Below, piece after piece: positions 11,770 to 21,261 of a stretch of 64,000 bases of DNA. The stretch comes from an uncultured virus (IMG/VR IMGVR_UViG_3300032296_004100). Taxonomy: Duplodnaviria; Heunggongvirae; Uroviricota; Caudoviricetes. The position numbers were made by a program, and so were the translations under genes. Positions within the stretch are counted from its first letter, which is position 1. Every line of letters begins with the position of its first letter. The stretch lies in the IMG/VR virus record IMGVR_UViG_3300032296_004100, one strand, 5' to 3'. The notes under the pieces were generated by a model that saw only the letters and a program-made list of their open reading frames with translations, was not told the DNA's origin and ran no database searches.

Positions 11770-12339
11770 TCAAACTTGTGTTACGGTAAGAATGACCGAC
11801 GGTATTTCAGGTCGTGTAGGATTAATTGCTGCAACATCATAGGCAAATCCCAAACGAATATCACTAACTCTAAACTTTAATTCAAAATAATCACCAGCAT
11901 TCATCGGTTCCACAAAATTCCAAGCGGCAACCGACCTTCCATTATTGGAATTACCAACCACTTGTGTATTAGAATATGGGACGTTATTTCCATTTATTGC
12001 CAACCAAATGTCCATTGTTTGAGCAGAGCCACCACCAGTCGATTCGATTTGACATGAAAATTGGAGATTGTAAGTTCCTGCACTTGCAACAATAAATCTA
12101 GTATCTGACGATACGATAACCCCATTACCAGATGTTTGAGTATCTGCGGTCATCGAATAAGCTGTCGTTGTACTTGCAACATATTGACTATCTAAAGAAA
12201 CAAAAGACCCCCATAACCCATTTGTTTTCAAATTACTATTTTTTATTTTGTATGTAACACCAGCCTGAGCAACAGCATATTCGGCGTTAGCTGTTGTTGC
12301 AGTTAATTCAGGTAATTGGGATATAGGTAGATTTGGCAT
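11770..12339 (-). CDS. Putative fibre tip/decoration protein (C1q/BclA-like C-terminal domain)
   Basis: N-terminal ISQLP motif; AGTYNLQFS and MNAGDYFEL beta-sandwich signature. Confidence 0.5.
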   Translation of the reverse strand: MPNLPISQLPELTATTANAEYAVAQAGVTYKIKNSNLKTNGLWGSFVSLDSQYVASTTTAYSMTADTQTSGNGVIVSSDTRFIVASAGTYNLQFSCQIESTGGGSAQTMDIWLAINGNNVPYSNTQVVGNSNNGRSVAAWNFVEPMNAGDYFELKFRVSDIRLGFAYDVAAINPTRPEIPSVILTVTQV

Positions 12340-12410
12340 TTTATTTTATAAATATTTGTTTATAATCCATACTTGGATTTATCGGCATTGAAGTTTTGTG
12401 TTATTCCCAA

Positions 12411-12917
12411 TTAACTCACTTTGATATATCCGTAATATACTATTTGAGATGAGCCACTGTTATTGGTTATACCAAATGTAAAGGTATTTGTATTTGAACC
12501 CGCTGGCGCTGAGGTACTAATAGTTCCTGCAGTTCCAACTATCTGACTTGGTATTGATGTTAACACCAAAGCATTTCCCGCGAGATAATACCACCCATAC
12601 TGTACACCTATTACGGGTACGTTTGAGTTTGATAATGTCACTGTCGCATTCCAATTAACAATACCATTTGGGATATTTCCATTCACCCACATAACATACG
12701 ATTCACCCGCAGTAACTGTAAAACTAACAGTATTTGTGCCCGCAGATAACGTCCAGCTACCTGTGGTGGGTGATATCGCATTTTGTGAATACCCACTAAA
12801 TAATGTTTCTTCACTTACTTTGAATGATTCTGTATTACCACTATTATTCATAACAAAAAAAATACCATTTGTGTCTCCTGTGTATGTCGGTAAATTTGAT
12901 ATTAGTACGTTTGCCAT
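12411..12917 (-). CDS. Putative fibre/decoration protein
   Basis: N-terminal ISNLP motif paralogous to the adjacent gene; beta-rich; late motif 3 nt upstream of the ATG. Confidence 0.5.
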   Translation of the reverse strand: MANVLISNLPTYTGDTNGIFFVMNNSGNTESFKVSEETLFSGYSQNAISPTTGSWTLSAGTNTVSFTVTAGESYVMWVNGNIPNGIVNWNATVTLSNSNVPVIGVQYGWYYLAGNALVLTSIPSQIVGTAGTISTSAPAGSNTNTFTFGITNNSGSSQIVYYGYIKVS

Positions 12918-12934
12918 TTCTATAAATATTAGTT

Positions 12935-15900
12935 TTAATGTTGATATTCTATTCCACGACCATCTTGGGCGGTTAATATGTCACCATTCTGTATTAATAT
13001 AAAGAATGGCTCAGTTGGCGTAGGTGTAGGTGTTGACGATGGTGTTGGTGTCTGTGTCTGTGTTGGTGTTGGGGTATTAGTTTGTGTTGGAGTTGGTGTT
13101 GGTTGAATTGGTTCTATTAAAATACCACTACCATCTTCTTGGAGAATCATAAAATAATCCTCTTGGAGAAGGAATCCTTCATTTGGAAGTGTTGGTGTGA
13201 CTGTTGGGGTTGGAGTCGGAGTTGGAGTACCCGTAGTAGTTTCAGAAGGAGTGTTCGTTGGGGTTTGTGTTGCTGTCGGTGTTTGAGTTTCCGTCGCTGT
13301 TGGAGTTAAACCAACAGTTGCTGTTGGAGTTGGTGTACTTGTTGGTGTTTCAGTATTTGTTGGTGTTACAGTATTTGTTGGTGTATTAGTCGGACTTTCG
13401 GTTGGGGTGTTTGTGGGTGTCTCCGATGGAGTATTCGTCGGAGTTTCAGATGGGGTATTAGTAGGGGTGCTTGTTGGAGTCTCACTTGGGGTATTTGTTG
13501 GTGTTTCTGTCGGGGTATTTGTTGGCGTTTCAGTTGGGGTTTCGGTTGGAGTGTTAGTTGGAGTTTCAGTATTAGTTGGCGTTGGGGTACTAGTTGGTGT
13601 TTCCGTGTTTGTTTGAGACGGAGTGTTAGTTGGTGTTTCTGTATTTGTTGGTGTTACAGTCGGTGTGACGGTGTTACTTGGAGTGTTAGTTGGCGTGGAG
13701 GTCGATGTTACAGTTGGTGTGGGTGTTACCAATAATTCAAAAGTGTATCCTGTTGTGAATGTATAATTAAATCTACTAGTACCCGAATAGTTAGAAGTTA
13801 TTGATGTGTATTGTGCCTCTCTAGTCAGATTTCTATAATCAAAATCTAAAGTTGAAAATTGATAACCCCTTGTTTGACCTGAGGGAATTAAAATTGTAAC
13901 ATTTTCAGTGATTGGTTCATCAACAAATGTGTTAAGTTGGATTGTAAATGATATCGATAAATCTACATCAACTGACTCCTGACTTTGAGCAATGTAATTT
14001 GATTGTACGGACCCTTGATAAAATTCAGAAATTACATCTATGTTGTTCCCCTGTAACTCCAAGTAACTTAAATCATTATTGGGTATGGGTATCGAAATAA
14101 TGTCACCATCAGGTATAACAAGATATGCCAATTCTTCGTCAGGAATAACAATGTATTCTAAATCATTTGATGGAACAATAATAACACAGTCAGGACAATC
14201 AGGATTTAACAAACCATATTTTGGTTTTAAAATTCTGAAATTGTGTTTTACTTCAGAGGCATCCAAAGGTTCAACATACATTCTAAAACTACTTACCTGT
14301 CCTATGAAACTTCCGGCAAAAATTTCTTCCAAAAATATGTTTGTTGTAAGACCCGAATATATTGTATTGTCTAAATCCTGTGTTGTTAAACACTCAGGGT
14401 CTTGTTGATAAACTATATCAGAAATTTCACGAGGACACCCCCCCGAAAAAGTGAGATTATCTTTGAGACCTTGTGTACCCCCACCAACAGATATGTTAAA
14501 TGGTACAGCAACTTGACGCTCCTTAAATGTGTTTAGTGGTCTCGGAATAATTTCTTCAAAGTCTTCACACACCATCAATAATTTACCATTTACAAAAATT
14601 TTGAGAGTACCAAGGCGGTATTCTCTTTCTTGTAACCATAAATCATTAATATGAACTTGAGTCGTTTTTGCGGGTGTATATCCTGAATAACCTTCTTCGT
14701 GGGTTATTGGTGGCATCACTAAACTAATACTATTGTTGGCTGAGGTTGCCGTAAAAACCTCTTGTTCGATAACACCCAAACCACCAAGGTAAGATAAATC
14801 TTTACACTCAAAATAGGCATTCCTTTCGAATACGGCATCAATTTGCACCCAATGTTCAAAATTGATGTAAGGTGTAAACTTACAATCTTCAAAAATACCA
14901 CGGGTTGAACACCATTCTACAGTTGTGACACCAGTAACAAAACTTGTACCTGTAAGACAAGTTCCCGATGGTATACAACTTCCTGTAATTAGATATTCTT
15001 TAACACAAACTCTCGGGTTTCCAGTATCACCACTAAATCTAATTGACATAGCATTGGATACCCCGTCATACAATGGGTCCAATTCTTTGATTGATGCTTC
15101 GGTAGTGCAACTACAAGGACATCCACAAGTACAATTCGATGAAGTTACACCCGAAGGTTGATATACAGGAATACAATCCGCACCTGTTCCCCCCGATACT
15201 GCGCAAGCACAGGTGTGCATACAGGTCAGACCCGAGGTTACTCTTGTGTAACCTGTGTCGGAAGAGGGACTTCCATCGGCGTAGTGGTAAAACTTGTTTT
15301 CGGCTCTACTACCCATGAAAAAGAATGTCCCTTTGTTTTCAGGATAACGAGCGTTTAAACCAATGTTTGTATTACCAGTGAATTGATATTTCAATAACAT
15401 TTCCACAGACCAACCTTGACTCATTCTTGTTGGAAAAACTTCGTAGTCATAACCTTGAAGTTTGTAAAAACCTTGGTAAAAACCTCCTTGAAGCTTAGCA
15501 ACCGTTCCAATGTTTCCACCAACATTTACATAGTCTAAATTGTATGAGTAAGAATTGTCATTCCATAGGCGATTTTGTGGTGTAGTGTTTCCACTAATCG
15601 GGTGCATTTTAAACCTACGGTCGTAGATGTATCGATTGAAGGTCTCCGCTGTTGTGGTATAGAGACCTGTGTATGCAGTCATAGTAATTCCCGACATTTG
15701 GGTTGTTAATCCATTGTCAATACCTGTTAAACCCACATCACAAATTTCGGTGGTTACAGGACAGAAGTTTGGGTCAATATCTAAAGGGTTATAGTAGTTT
15801 TCTGAAACAACAGTATCATAGAGAAACTGACCCACTAAGGGTGATATAGTTGTGCCTGTTGAGTTGAAATCAAAGCTAAACGGCATTCTATTACCATCAT

Positions 15901-16042
15901 CTTCAGCAATCAATAAAGGTGAAAAAATAACCTCTTGATTGAAGTCTCGAGCGTCGTCTGCCAAACAGAAATCTGTGATTTCATTGACAGGTTTTAACCC
16001 AATCTTCCTGTAATTGTATTGATTGATATTTTGATATGCCAT
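12935..16042 (-). CDS. Large virion protein with a LamG/ConA-like domain and a C-terminal TPT mucin tract
   Basis: [14 protein letters not shown] and [12 protein letters not shown]...EV..NF (LamG-like); about 180-aa TPT tract; LLQED repeats at the C-terminus. Confidence 0.6.
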   Translation of the reverse strand: MAYQNINQYNYRKIGLKPVNEITDFCLADDARDFNQEVIFSPLLIAEDDGNRMPFSFDFNSTGTTISPLVGQFLYDTVVSENYYNPLDIDPNFCPVTTEICDVGLTGIDNGLTTQMSGITMTAYTGLYTTTAETFNRYIYDRRFKMHPISGNTTPQNRLWNDNSYSYNLDYVNVGGNIGTVAKLQGGFYQGFYKLQGYDYEVFPTRMSQGWSVEMLLKYQFTGNTNIGLNARYPENKGTFFFMGSRAENKFYHYADGSPSSDTGYTRVTSGLTCMHTCACAVSGGTGADCIPVYQPSGVTSSNCTCGCPCSCTTEASIKELDPLYDGVSNAMSIRFSGDTGNPRVCVKEYLITGSCIPSGTCLTGTSFVTGVTTVEWCSTRGIFEDCKFTPYINFEHWVQIDAVFERNAYFECKDLSYLGGLGVIEQEVFTATSANNSISLVMPPITHEEGYSGYTPAKTTQVHINDLWLQEREYRLGTLKIFVNGKLLMVCEDFEEIIPRPLNTFKERQVAVPFNISVGGGTQGLKDNLTFSGGCPREISDIVYQQDPECLTTQDLDNTIYSGLTTNIFLEEIFAGSFIGQVSSFRMYVEPLDASEVKHNFRILKPKYGLLNPDCPDCVIIVPSNDLEYIVIPDEELAYLVIPDGDIISIPIPNNDLSYLELQGNNIDVISEFYQGSVQSNYIAQSQESVDVDLSISFTIQLNTFVDEPITENVTILIPSGQTRGYQFSTLDFDYRNLTREAQYTSITSNYSGTSRFNYTFTTGYTFELLVTPTPTVTSTSTPTNTPSNTVTPTVTPTNTETPTNTPSQTNTETPTSTPTPTNTETPTNTPTETPTETPTNTPTETPTNTPSETPTSTPTNTPSETPTNTPSETPTNTPTESPTNTPTNTVTPTNTETPTSTPTPTATVGLTPTATETQTPTATQTPTNTPSETTTGTPTPTPTPTVTPTLPNEGFLLQEDYFMILQEDGSGILIEPIQPTPTPTQTNTPTPTQTQTPTPSSTPTPTPTEPFFILIQNGDILTAQDGRGIEYQH

Positions 16043-16052
16043 AAACTATATG

Positions 16053-16080
16053 ATAAATACCCTTCTTTTGAGTATTTATA
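16053..16080. promoter_or_regulatory. Divergent pair of putative late-promoter motifs TATTTAT(A)
   Basis: Minus-strand copy at 16053-16059 upstream of the 16042 ATG; plus-strand copy at 16073-16080 upstream of the 16092 ATG. Confidence 0.65.
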
Positions 16081-16091
16081 GATAAAAAAGT

Positions 16092-16892
16092 ATGCTGAAA
16101 TTAAACGAAGAATATTTCGGTTCAAATTATTACTTTCTTCTTCGAGAAAAGAAGGACGGTGGACATCTATGGTTTTCGGTTGCAAGGACTATTACCGAGG
16201 CTAGAAAGAAAGATGATTACATTAGAGTCCCAAAAGAAAAAATCGAGAAACTAAAAAATCATTTAAATAAATTGATTAAAAGTAAAACAAAAAAATCTCC
16301 AAAAGAAATTAAAGGTGAAATTGAAGAACTTGTCAATTCAGATGGAACATTATCTAATTCTAATGTTCCAATTTTAGACCCTCGTTTACACCCAAGAAAA
16401 ACTATGGACCAAACCGTTCAAGCAACAACACAACCAGGTAATTACTTGGCGTGGTCTTACAGGGGAGGTAAAACATACTATTCTGAATCAGAGGTAAAAG
16501 AAGAAGATATGTCTGCCGCTTTTGGTTATGAAGAAACAAAAGATATGACACCTGAGGAAACAATTAAAACTCTCGAAAAAATGGGTGTGGAAAATCCTGT
16601 TGAAAGAGCAATTGAATTTGGAAAAGACCCAAAAATTTCTCAGGAGAACAAAAAAAAGGGTAGCGATATGAAAATTCGTCTTCAAGAAAAAGAAACTTTC
16701 AGACGAATTCAAAAAGAACAAATGGCAAAAATTATTGAAGATATTTTGGTTAATAAGAAAAATAAAAAAGATATTGTCGATAAAAAAAAGGGTAGAGAAG
16801 TTTTTACTAAATCTGAGATTATTGATTTAATCAAAAAAAACGAACCCATTGATAATATTGATAAAGTAATTAAATCATCTCGTGAACAGTAA
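16092..16892 (+). CDS. Hypothetical protein (K/E-rich, probable head-associated)
   Basis: 266-aa ORF directly after a late motif. Confidence 0.6.
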   Translation: MLKLNEEYFGSNYYFLLREKKDGGHLWFSVARTITEARKKDDYIRVPKEKIEKLKNHLNKLIKSKTKKSPKEIKGEIEELVNSDGTLSNSNVPILDPRLHPRKTMDQTVQATTQPGNYLAWSYRGGKTYYSESEVKEEDMSAAFGYEETKDMTPEETIKTLEKMGVENPVERAIEFGKDPKISQENKKKGSDMKIRLQEKETFRRIQKEQMAKIIEDILVNKKNKKDIVDKKKGREVFTKSEIIDLIKKNEPIDNIDKVIKSSREQ

Positions 16893-17370
16893 TCTTTATA
16901 ATTCAAGTATTGGTGAAGTGTTAATTCCAAAAGAAATTAAACAACACCTTGTAAATTCTTTTGCCCAATCAAAAGGTGCCACTACAAACACTGAAGGATT
17001 CAGAAGAAATCAAGAATTACAAGGACAAGAAAAAATTACCTACAAACAACTCAAAAGGATTAAAAACTTTTTTGATAACTATAAAGGTAAACCTAATGAA
17101 TTACCTTTTATTTTGAATGGCGGTGTTCTGATGAAAAACTGGGTAAACAATACCCTTTCAAGTATGAGAAATAATACTCAGAATAACCAAGAAGATACGG
17201 CACCCGAAGACTCAAAAGTCAATTCAAGTGACCTAAAAAATAATGTAAAAGACTTGGTGAGACCATCAAAAGAACACAAACGAACCTCCCAAAAACATGC
17301 CTCAGCAACCTACGAACAAACAGTTGTTGAGAGTCTAAAAAGAATAAATGAATTAATCTCTAAAATCTAA
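16882..17370 (+). CDS. Hypothetical protein with a phage head-associated module
   Basis: GFRRNQEL...ITYKQLKRIKNFFD...LNGG..MKNWV resembles the 'T.KRM.SFF...LWGG...W' module found in phage head proteins. Confidence 0.5.
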   Translation: MNSNLYNSSIGEVLIPKEIKQHLVNSFAQSKGATTNTEGFRRNQELQGQEKITYKQLKRIKNFFDNYKGKPNELPFILNGGVLMKNWVNNTLSSMRNNTQNNQEDTAPEDSKVNSSDLKNNVKDLVRPSKEHKRTSQKHASATYEQTVVESLKRINELISKI

Positions 17371-17678
17371 TGCCCGCTAACAACCCCAAGGTTTTCGAAC
17401 CTTTAGACTTGAATCAAACTGAACAAAACAACTTAACGGCAATTGCTGAAATCGAAAGAAAAAGATTAATCACCCGTAATGACTTTAAACAAGGTGCCGA
17501 TGAATATGGTGTTACCAATTCTCAGGCTCTTGCCGATGGTGATGATATGGGTAGAGGAACCGGTGTTTTCTTGGATGTTTACAACGATGCCGCAGGTACC
17601 AGTGTTGATATCTTTGAAAGAAAAGACGATATCAAAATTAACAAATACAATAGATTTAAAACTTACCCTAACTTCTAA
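17370..17678 (+). CDS. Hypothetical protein
   Basis: Translationally coupled (TAATG overlaps on both sides). Confidence 0.6.
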   Translation: MPANNPKVFEPLDLNQTEQNNLTAIAEIERKRLITRNDFKQGADEYGVTNSQALADGDDMGRGTGVFLDVYNDAAGTSVDIFERKDDIKINKYNRFKTYPNF

Positions 17679-18058
17679 TGAAACTTACAGAAGTCTTCAA
17701 ATTGTTAATTACCGAAATTGCTTCTGTTGATTCGGTAAGAAAATCTATTGAAGACAAACAAAAAATCATCATGTATTATGATGGTGATGAACCAGGTGGA
17801 AGAGGTTTGAGACTTATTGAGCCTGTTGCCCTTGGAAGAAGTAAAAGAGGAAATTTAGTTTTACGGGCTTGGGATGAAGAAGGTGCTTCACACCGAGGGT
17901 ATTTGGGTACACGCCCAATGCCGGGATGGAGATTATTTAAACTCGATAAAATACTGTCTTACAAACCATCAGGTGAAAATTTTAACACACCAAGACCAAA
18001 TTTTAACTCAACTGGTGACAAAGACATGACAAGTATTATTATTATAGCAAAATTCTAA
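17678..18058 (+). CDS. Stand-alone WYL-domain protein
   Basis: I.MYY...RLIEPVALG...VLRAW...WRLFKLDKI is the WYL fold signature; no HTH. Confidence 0.75.
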   Translation: MKLTEVFKLLITEIASVDSVRKSIEDKQKIIMYYDGDEPGGRGLRLIEPVALGRSKRGNLVLRAWDEEGASHRGYLGTRPMPGWRLFKLDKILSYKPSGENFNTPRPNFNSTGDKDMTSIIIIAKF

Positions 18059-18061
18059 GAA

Positions 18062-18646
18062 ATGGATTTAGAGAAAATTATGTTATCAAAGGCTATCATG
18101 GATAGACATAGCCAAATGGATTCGGGTAACACCCCTAAACCAAAATCTAACACGGTATTGGAAAACTATGATGCTCCTCAAGCAAAGTACAATATTCCAC
18201 AAGAATTTATGACCGAAGCTCCACAGAGGATGCAAATGCCACAAACGGCTTCAATTCCTGCAAGCCCATTTTCTAATAAACCATACCCTGTGGCCTCGGC
18301 GGATGCTATTAAAAATTCCAAATTACCAGACGCAATCAAAAAGTTAATGATTGAACATCCTATCGAACAACCAAACTCAATGTCGGGTGGCGCGGTTTTA
18401 TCCGATGAATTAGTTGAAAGAGCATCAAGGCTTATGGGAAATAGTAAAAAATCAGTTGTGGAACAAGCCGTACCACAACAAAATACAAGTGACTTAAGAA
18501 GGGTTTTAAAAGAAGTTGTTCAAGAAGTTTTAACTGAAAATGGGTTATTGATGGAAGGAGCCGAAAAGTCCAACGAATTGTTTAGGTTTCAAGTTGGTAA
18601 ACATTTGTTTGAAGGAAAACTCACAAAAATCAAAAAGTTGACTTAG
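18062..18646 (+). CDS. Hypothetical protein
   Basis: 194-aa ORF in the same operon. Confidence 0.6.
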   Translation: MDLEKIMLSKAIMDRHSQMDSGNTPKPKSNTVLENYDAPQAKYNIPQEFMTEAPQRMQMPQTASIPASPFSNKPYPVASADAIKNSKLPDAIKKLMIEHPIEQPNSMSGGAVLSDELVERASRLMGNSKKSVVEQAVPQQNTSDLRRVLKEVVQEVLTENGLLMEGAEKSNELFRFQVGKHLFEGKLTKIKKLT

Positions 18647-18701
18647 GTACTTTTCATTTGTGTAATGATTTGTTATATTTTATGGAACTAAAATATAATT
18701 C

Positions 18702-19916
18702 ATGTCACAAATAAATGTCTTAGTAGTACCATCTGACCGATTTGGTGTCGGAAAATTTAGGTCTATTGAACCCCACACTTTTTTACAAAATAAATTTCCT
18801 CAAGATTTTCACATTGAGATAGACCTAAACCCTCCTATGGATAACTTGGATTTTTATAAAAAATTCCAACTTGTTGTTTACCATAGAAGTATTACAAATG
18901 ACTTTGAAAAGTCATACGAGCTTGTAGAAAATTTGAAAAAAATGGGTATTATCACAGTTTGTGATATGGATGACTATTGGAATCCAACAAAAGACCACCC
19001 AATTCACGATATTATTATTTATAATAAAATTAATGAAAAGATTGTTAATAGTATCAAACAATCTAATTGGATTACAACAACAACACCACTTTTTGCTGAG
19101 GAAATTAGAAAATACAATAAAAATGTTTTTGTTCTCCCTAATGCAATCAATCCTAATGAGGCTCAGTTTAAAGAACCAACAATTGAACACGAAAAATTAA
19201 GGGTTGGATGGTTAGGAGGTTCATCACACTTGTCGGACCTGCAACTTTTGGATTCTTCATTTGCTAAGTTAACCTCCCATTACAAGGACCTTCAATTTGT
19301 TATCTGTGGTTTTGATACAAGGGGAACCATTACTGAAATCAATGGTCAAACTGGTGAGCACAAAAAAAGACCGATTCGTCCTGAAGAAACCGTTTGGGCT
19401 CGTTATGAAGAAATATTCACACAGAATTACAAGTATGTAAGTCCTGAATATGAAAAAGTTTTAAAAAAATATACCCAAGAAGAATACCCTGAATTTTCAG
19501 ATGAGTCCTACCGAAGAGTGTGGACTCTACCGGTCACCTCATACGCGAGAAACTACGCAAAACTTGATGTATCTTTAGCTCCGATTAAAAATCACATGTT
19601 CAATAGAATGAAATCACAACTTAAAGTAATTGAAGCAGGATTCTACAAAAAAGCTTTGATTGCCACTGATTTGGGTCCATATACAATTGATTTGAAACAT
19701 TGTTTGAAAAATGGTGAATTTACAGATGGAAATGCAATGTTAGTAGATGAAAACCGTAATCATGGTGATTGGGCTAAATTTATCGTAAAACTAATTAAAA
19801 ACCCAAATTTAGCAAAAGACATGGGTGAAAGATTGTATGAGACAGTAAGTAAAAAATACGATTTGAATATTGTAACTGCAGAAAGAGCAGAATTCTACAA
19901 AAGTTTAATTAAATAA
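18702..19916 (+). CDS. GT-B (GT4-like) glycosyltransferase
   Basis: DMDDYW, VLPNAI, VGWLGGSSH..DL, DVSLAP...FNRMKSQLKVIEAG. Confidence 0.8.
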   Translation: MSQINVLVVPSDRFGVGKFRSIEPHTFLQNKFPQDFHIEIDLNPPMDNLDFYKKFQLVVYHRSITNDFEKSYELVENLKKMGIITVCDMDDYWNPTKDHPIHDIIIYNKINEKIVNSIKQSNWITTTTPLFAEEIRKYNKNVFVLPNAINPNEAQFKEPTIEHEKLRVGWLGGSSHLSDLQLLDSSFAKLTSHYKDLQFVICGFDTRGTITEINGQTGEHKKRPIRPEETVWARYEEIFTQNYKYVSPEYEKVLKKYTQEEYPEFSDESYRRVWTLPVTSYARNYAKLDVSLAPIKNHMFNRMKSQLKVIEAGFYKKALIATDLGPYTIDLKHCLKNGEFTDGNAMLVDENRNHGDWAKFIVKLIKNPNLAKDMGERLYETVSKKYDLNIVTAERAEFYKSLIK

Positions 19917-19924
19917 AAATCAAA

Positions 19925-20635
19925 ATGATTAAAACACCAATAAATAAAATTCTTTTTTTGGATATTGAAACTGTAGGTCTCGAAAAAAACTATGACGACC
20001 TACGCACCAATCATCCAAGAATTGCCGACCAATTTGACAAATATTTTGATTGGTTCTTAAAAAGATTTCCCGAAGATAAAGAAATTCAAGAAGACCAAAA
20101 AAATGTTGTTTTTGCAACTCGAGCCGCACTTGTACCTGAGTTTGCCAAAGTTGTTTGTGTCAGTGTTGCATTTGTTCTAATCAACGGAGAGGTAAAGAAA
20201 CAATCATTTTCAGGAGATGATGAAAATCAATTGTTACGAGATTGTCAAAACCTATTGGATAGATGTGGTAAATTGGACTTTTGGTTGTGTGGACATAACC
20301 TAAAGAATTTTGATATTCCAATGTTGGCTAAAAGGATGTTGATTCAAAATATTCTTCCACCATCTATTCTTCCCTCTTACGATACGAAACCATGGGAAGT
20401 AAAAGCGATTGACACAAAAGAGGTGTGGCAATTCGGGGCGTACACAGCAATCGGTTCATTGGACTTACTATGTGCCTGTATGGATGTACCATCACCAAAA
20501 GAAGGGGAAGTTACTGGTTCTAAAGTTCACGACGCTTATTGGAATAAAAAAATGTTAAAAGAAATTACCGAATACTGTGAACGAGATGTACAAGTATTGG
20601 TGGATGTAATTCAAAAATTAAAATCTTTAAAATGA
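19925..20635 (+). CDS. 3'-5' exonuclease, PolB-related (DEDD)
   Basis: FLDIET, GHNLKNFDIP and EYCERDV (Exo I/II/III motifs). Confidence 0.85.
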   Translation: MIKTPINKILFLDIETVGLEKNYDDLRTNHPRIADQFDKYFDWFLKRFPEDKEIQEDQKNVVFATRAALVPEFAKVVCVSVAFVLINGEVKKQSFSGDDENQLLRDCQNLLDRCGKLDFWLCGHNLKNFDIPMLAKRMLIQNILPPSILPSYDTKPWEVKAIDTKEVWQFGAYTAIGSLDLLCACMDVPSPKEGEVTGSKVHDAYWNKKMLKEITEYCERDVQVLVDVIQKLKSLK

Positions 20636-21261
20636 ACGACTATCAAGAAAACCAAGAAAATATCGATGATTTAATCGACGCGGAGTTACAAAAGTTAATC
20701 GAAGAAGTTGAAAAATTAACTTTCAATTCCTTAAACTCTGAAACTGAATCTGAAGATGAAAAAACTTTGAACAAAAGTCTATCAGAATTAGATGATTTTA
20801 TGGAACAAGAATTTTTAAAAATTGAATTGCCATTACAAAAACTTCACCACGATGCGATAGTACCTTCTTACGCGTATATTTTGGATTCGGGATTTGATTT
20901 ATACAGCATCGAAGAAATTGAACTCTTACCATTCGGTAGAGCATTAGTCCCAACAGGTTTAGCCTTTGAAGTACCTGATGGTACAGAACTTCAGATTCGT
21001 AGTAAAAGTGGACTTGCAATAAACCAAGGTTTAATGGTGTTGAATAGTCCTGGCACTGTTGACTGTGGATATCTTGGTGAAATTAAGGTAATTGTTATGA
21101 ATATGAACAACCATAGTGTTACAATAGAAAAAGGTACGAAAGTAGGTCAAGGGGTTCTATGTCCAGTTTATAACGGTAAACGAGTTAAACTAATCGAAAA
21201 AGAAAGTTTAGGAACTTCTGACAGAGGAAATAAAGGTTTTGGTAGTACAGGTTTAAAATGA
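20632..21261 (+). CDS. dut: dUTPase with an acidic N-terminal extension
   Basis: SGFDL, RSKSGLA, GTVDCGYLGE and RGNKGFGSTG (trimeric dUTPase motifs). Confidence 0.92.
   Translation: MNDYQENQENIDDLIDAELQKLIEEVEKLTFNSLNSETESEDEKTLNKSLSELDDFMEQEFLKIELPLQKLHHDAIVPSYAYILDSGFDLYSIEEIELLPFGRALVPTGLAFEVPDGTELQIRSKSGLAINQGLMVLNSPGTVDCGYLGEIKVIVMNMNNHSVTIEKGTKVGQGVLCPVYNGKRVKLIEKESLGTSDRGNKGFGSTGLK

Noticed and set aside
6742..13616. Plus-strand ORFs rich in VGVGV or WCW (e.g. 6742-7080, 6938-7177, 7787-8125, 13407-13616)
   Set aside because: They are antisense shadows of the TPT tracts.
4550..13730. CRISPR array or satellite in the gttggtgt-rich tracts
   Set aside because: These are in-frame Thr/Pro codon repeats with no constant repeat and unique spacer structure.
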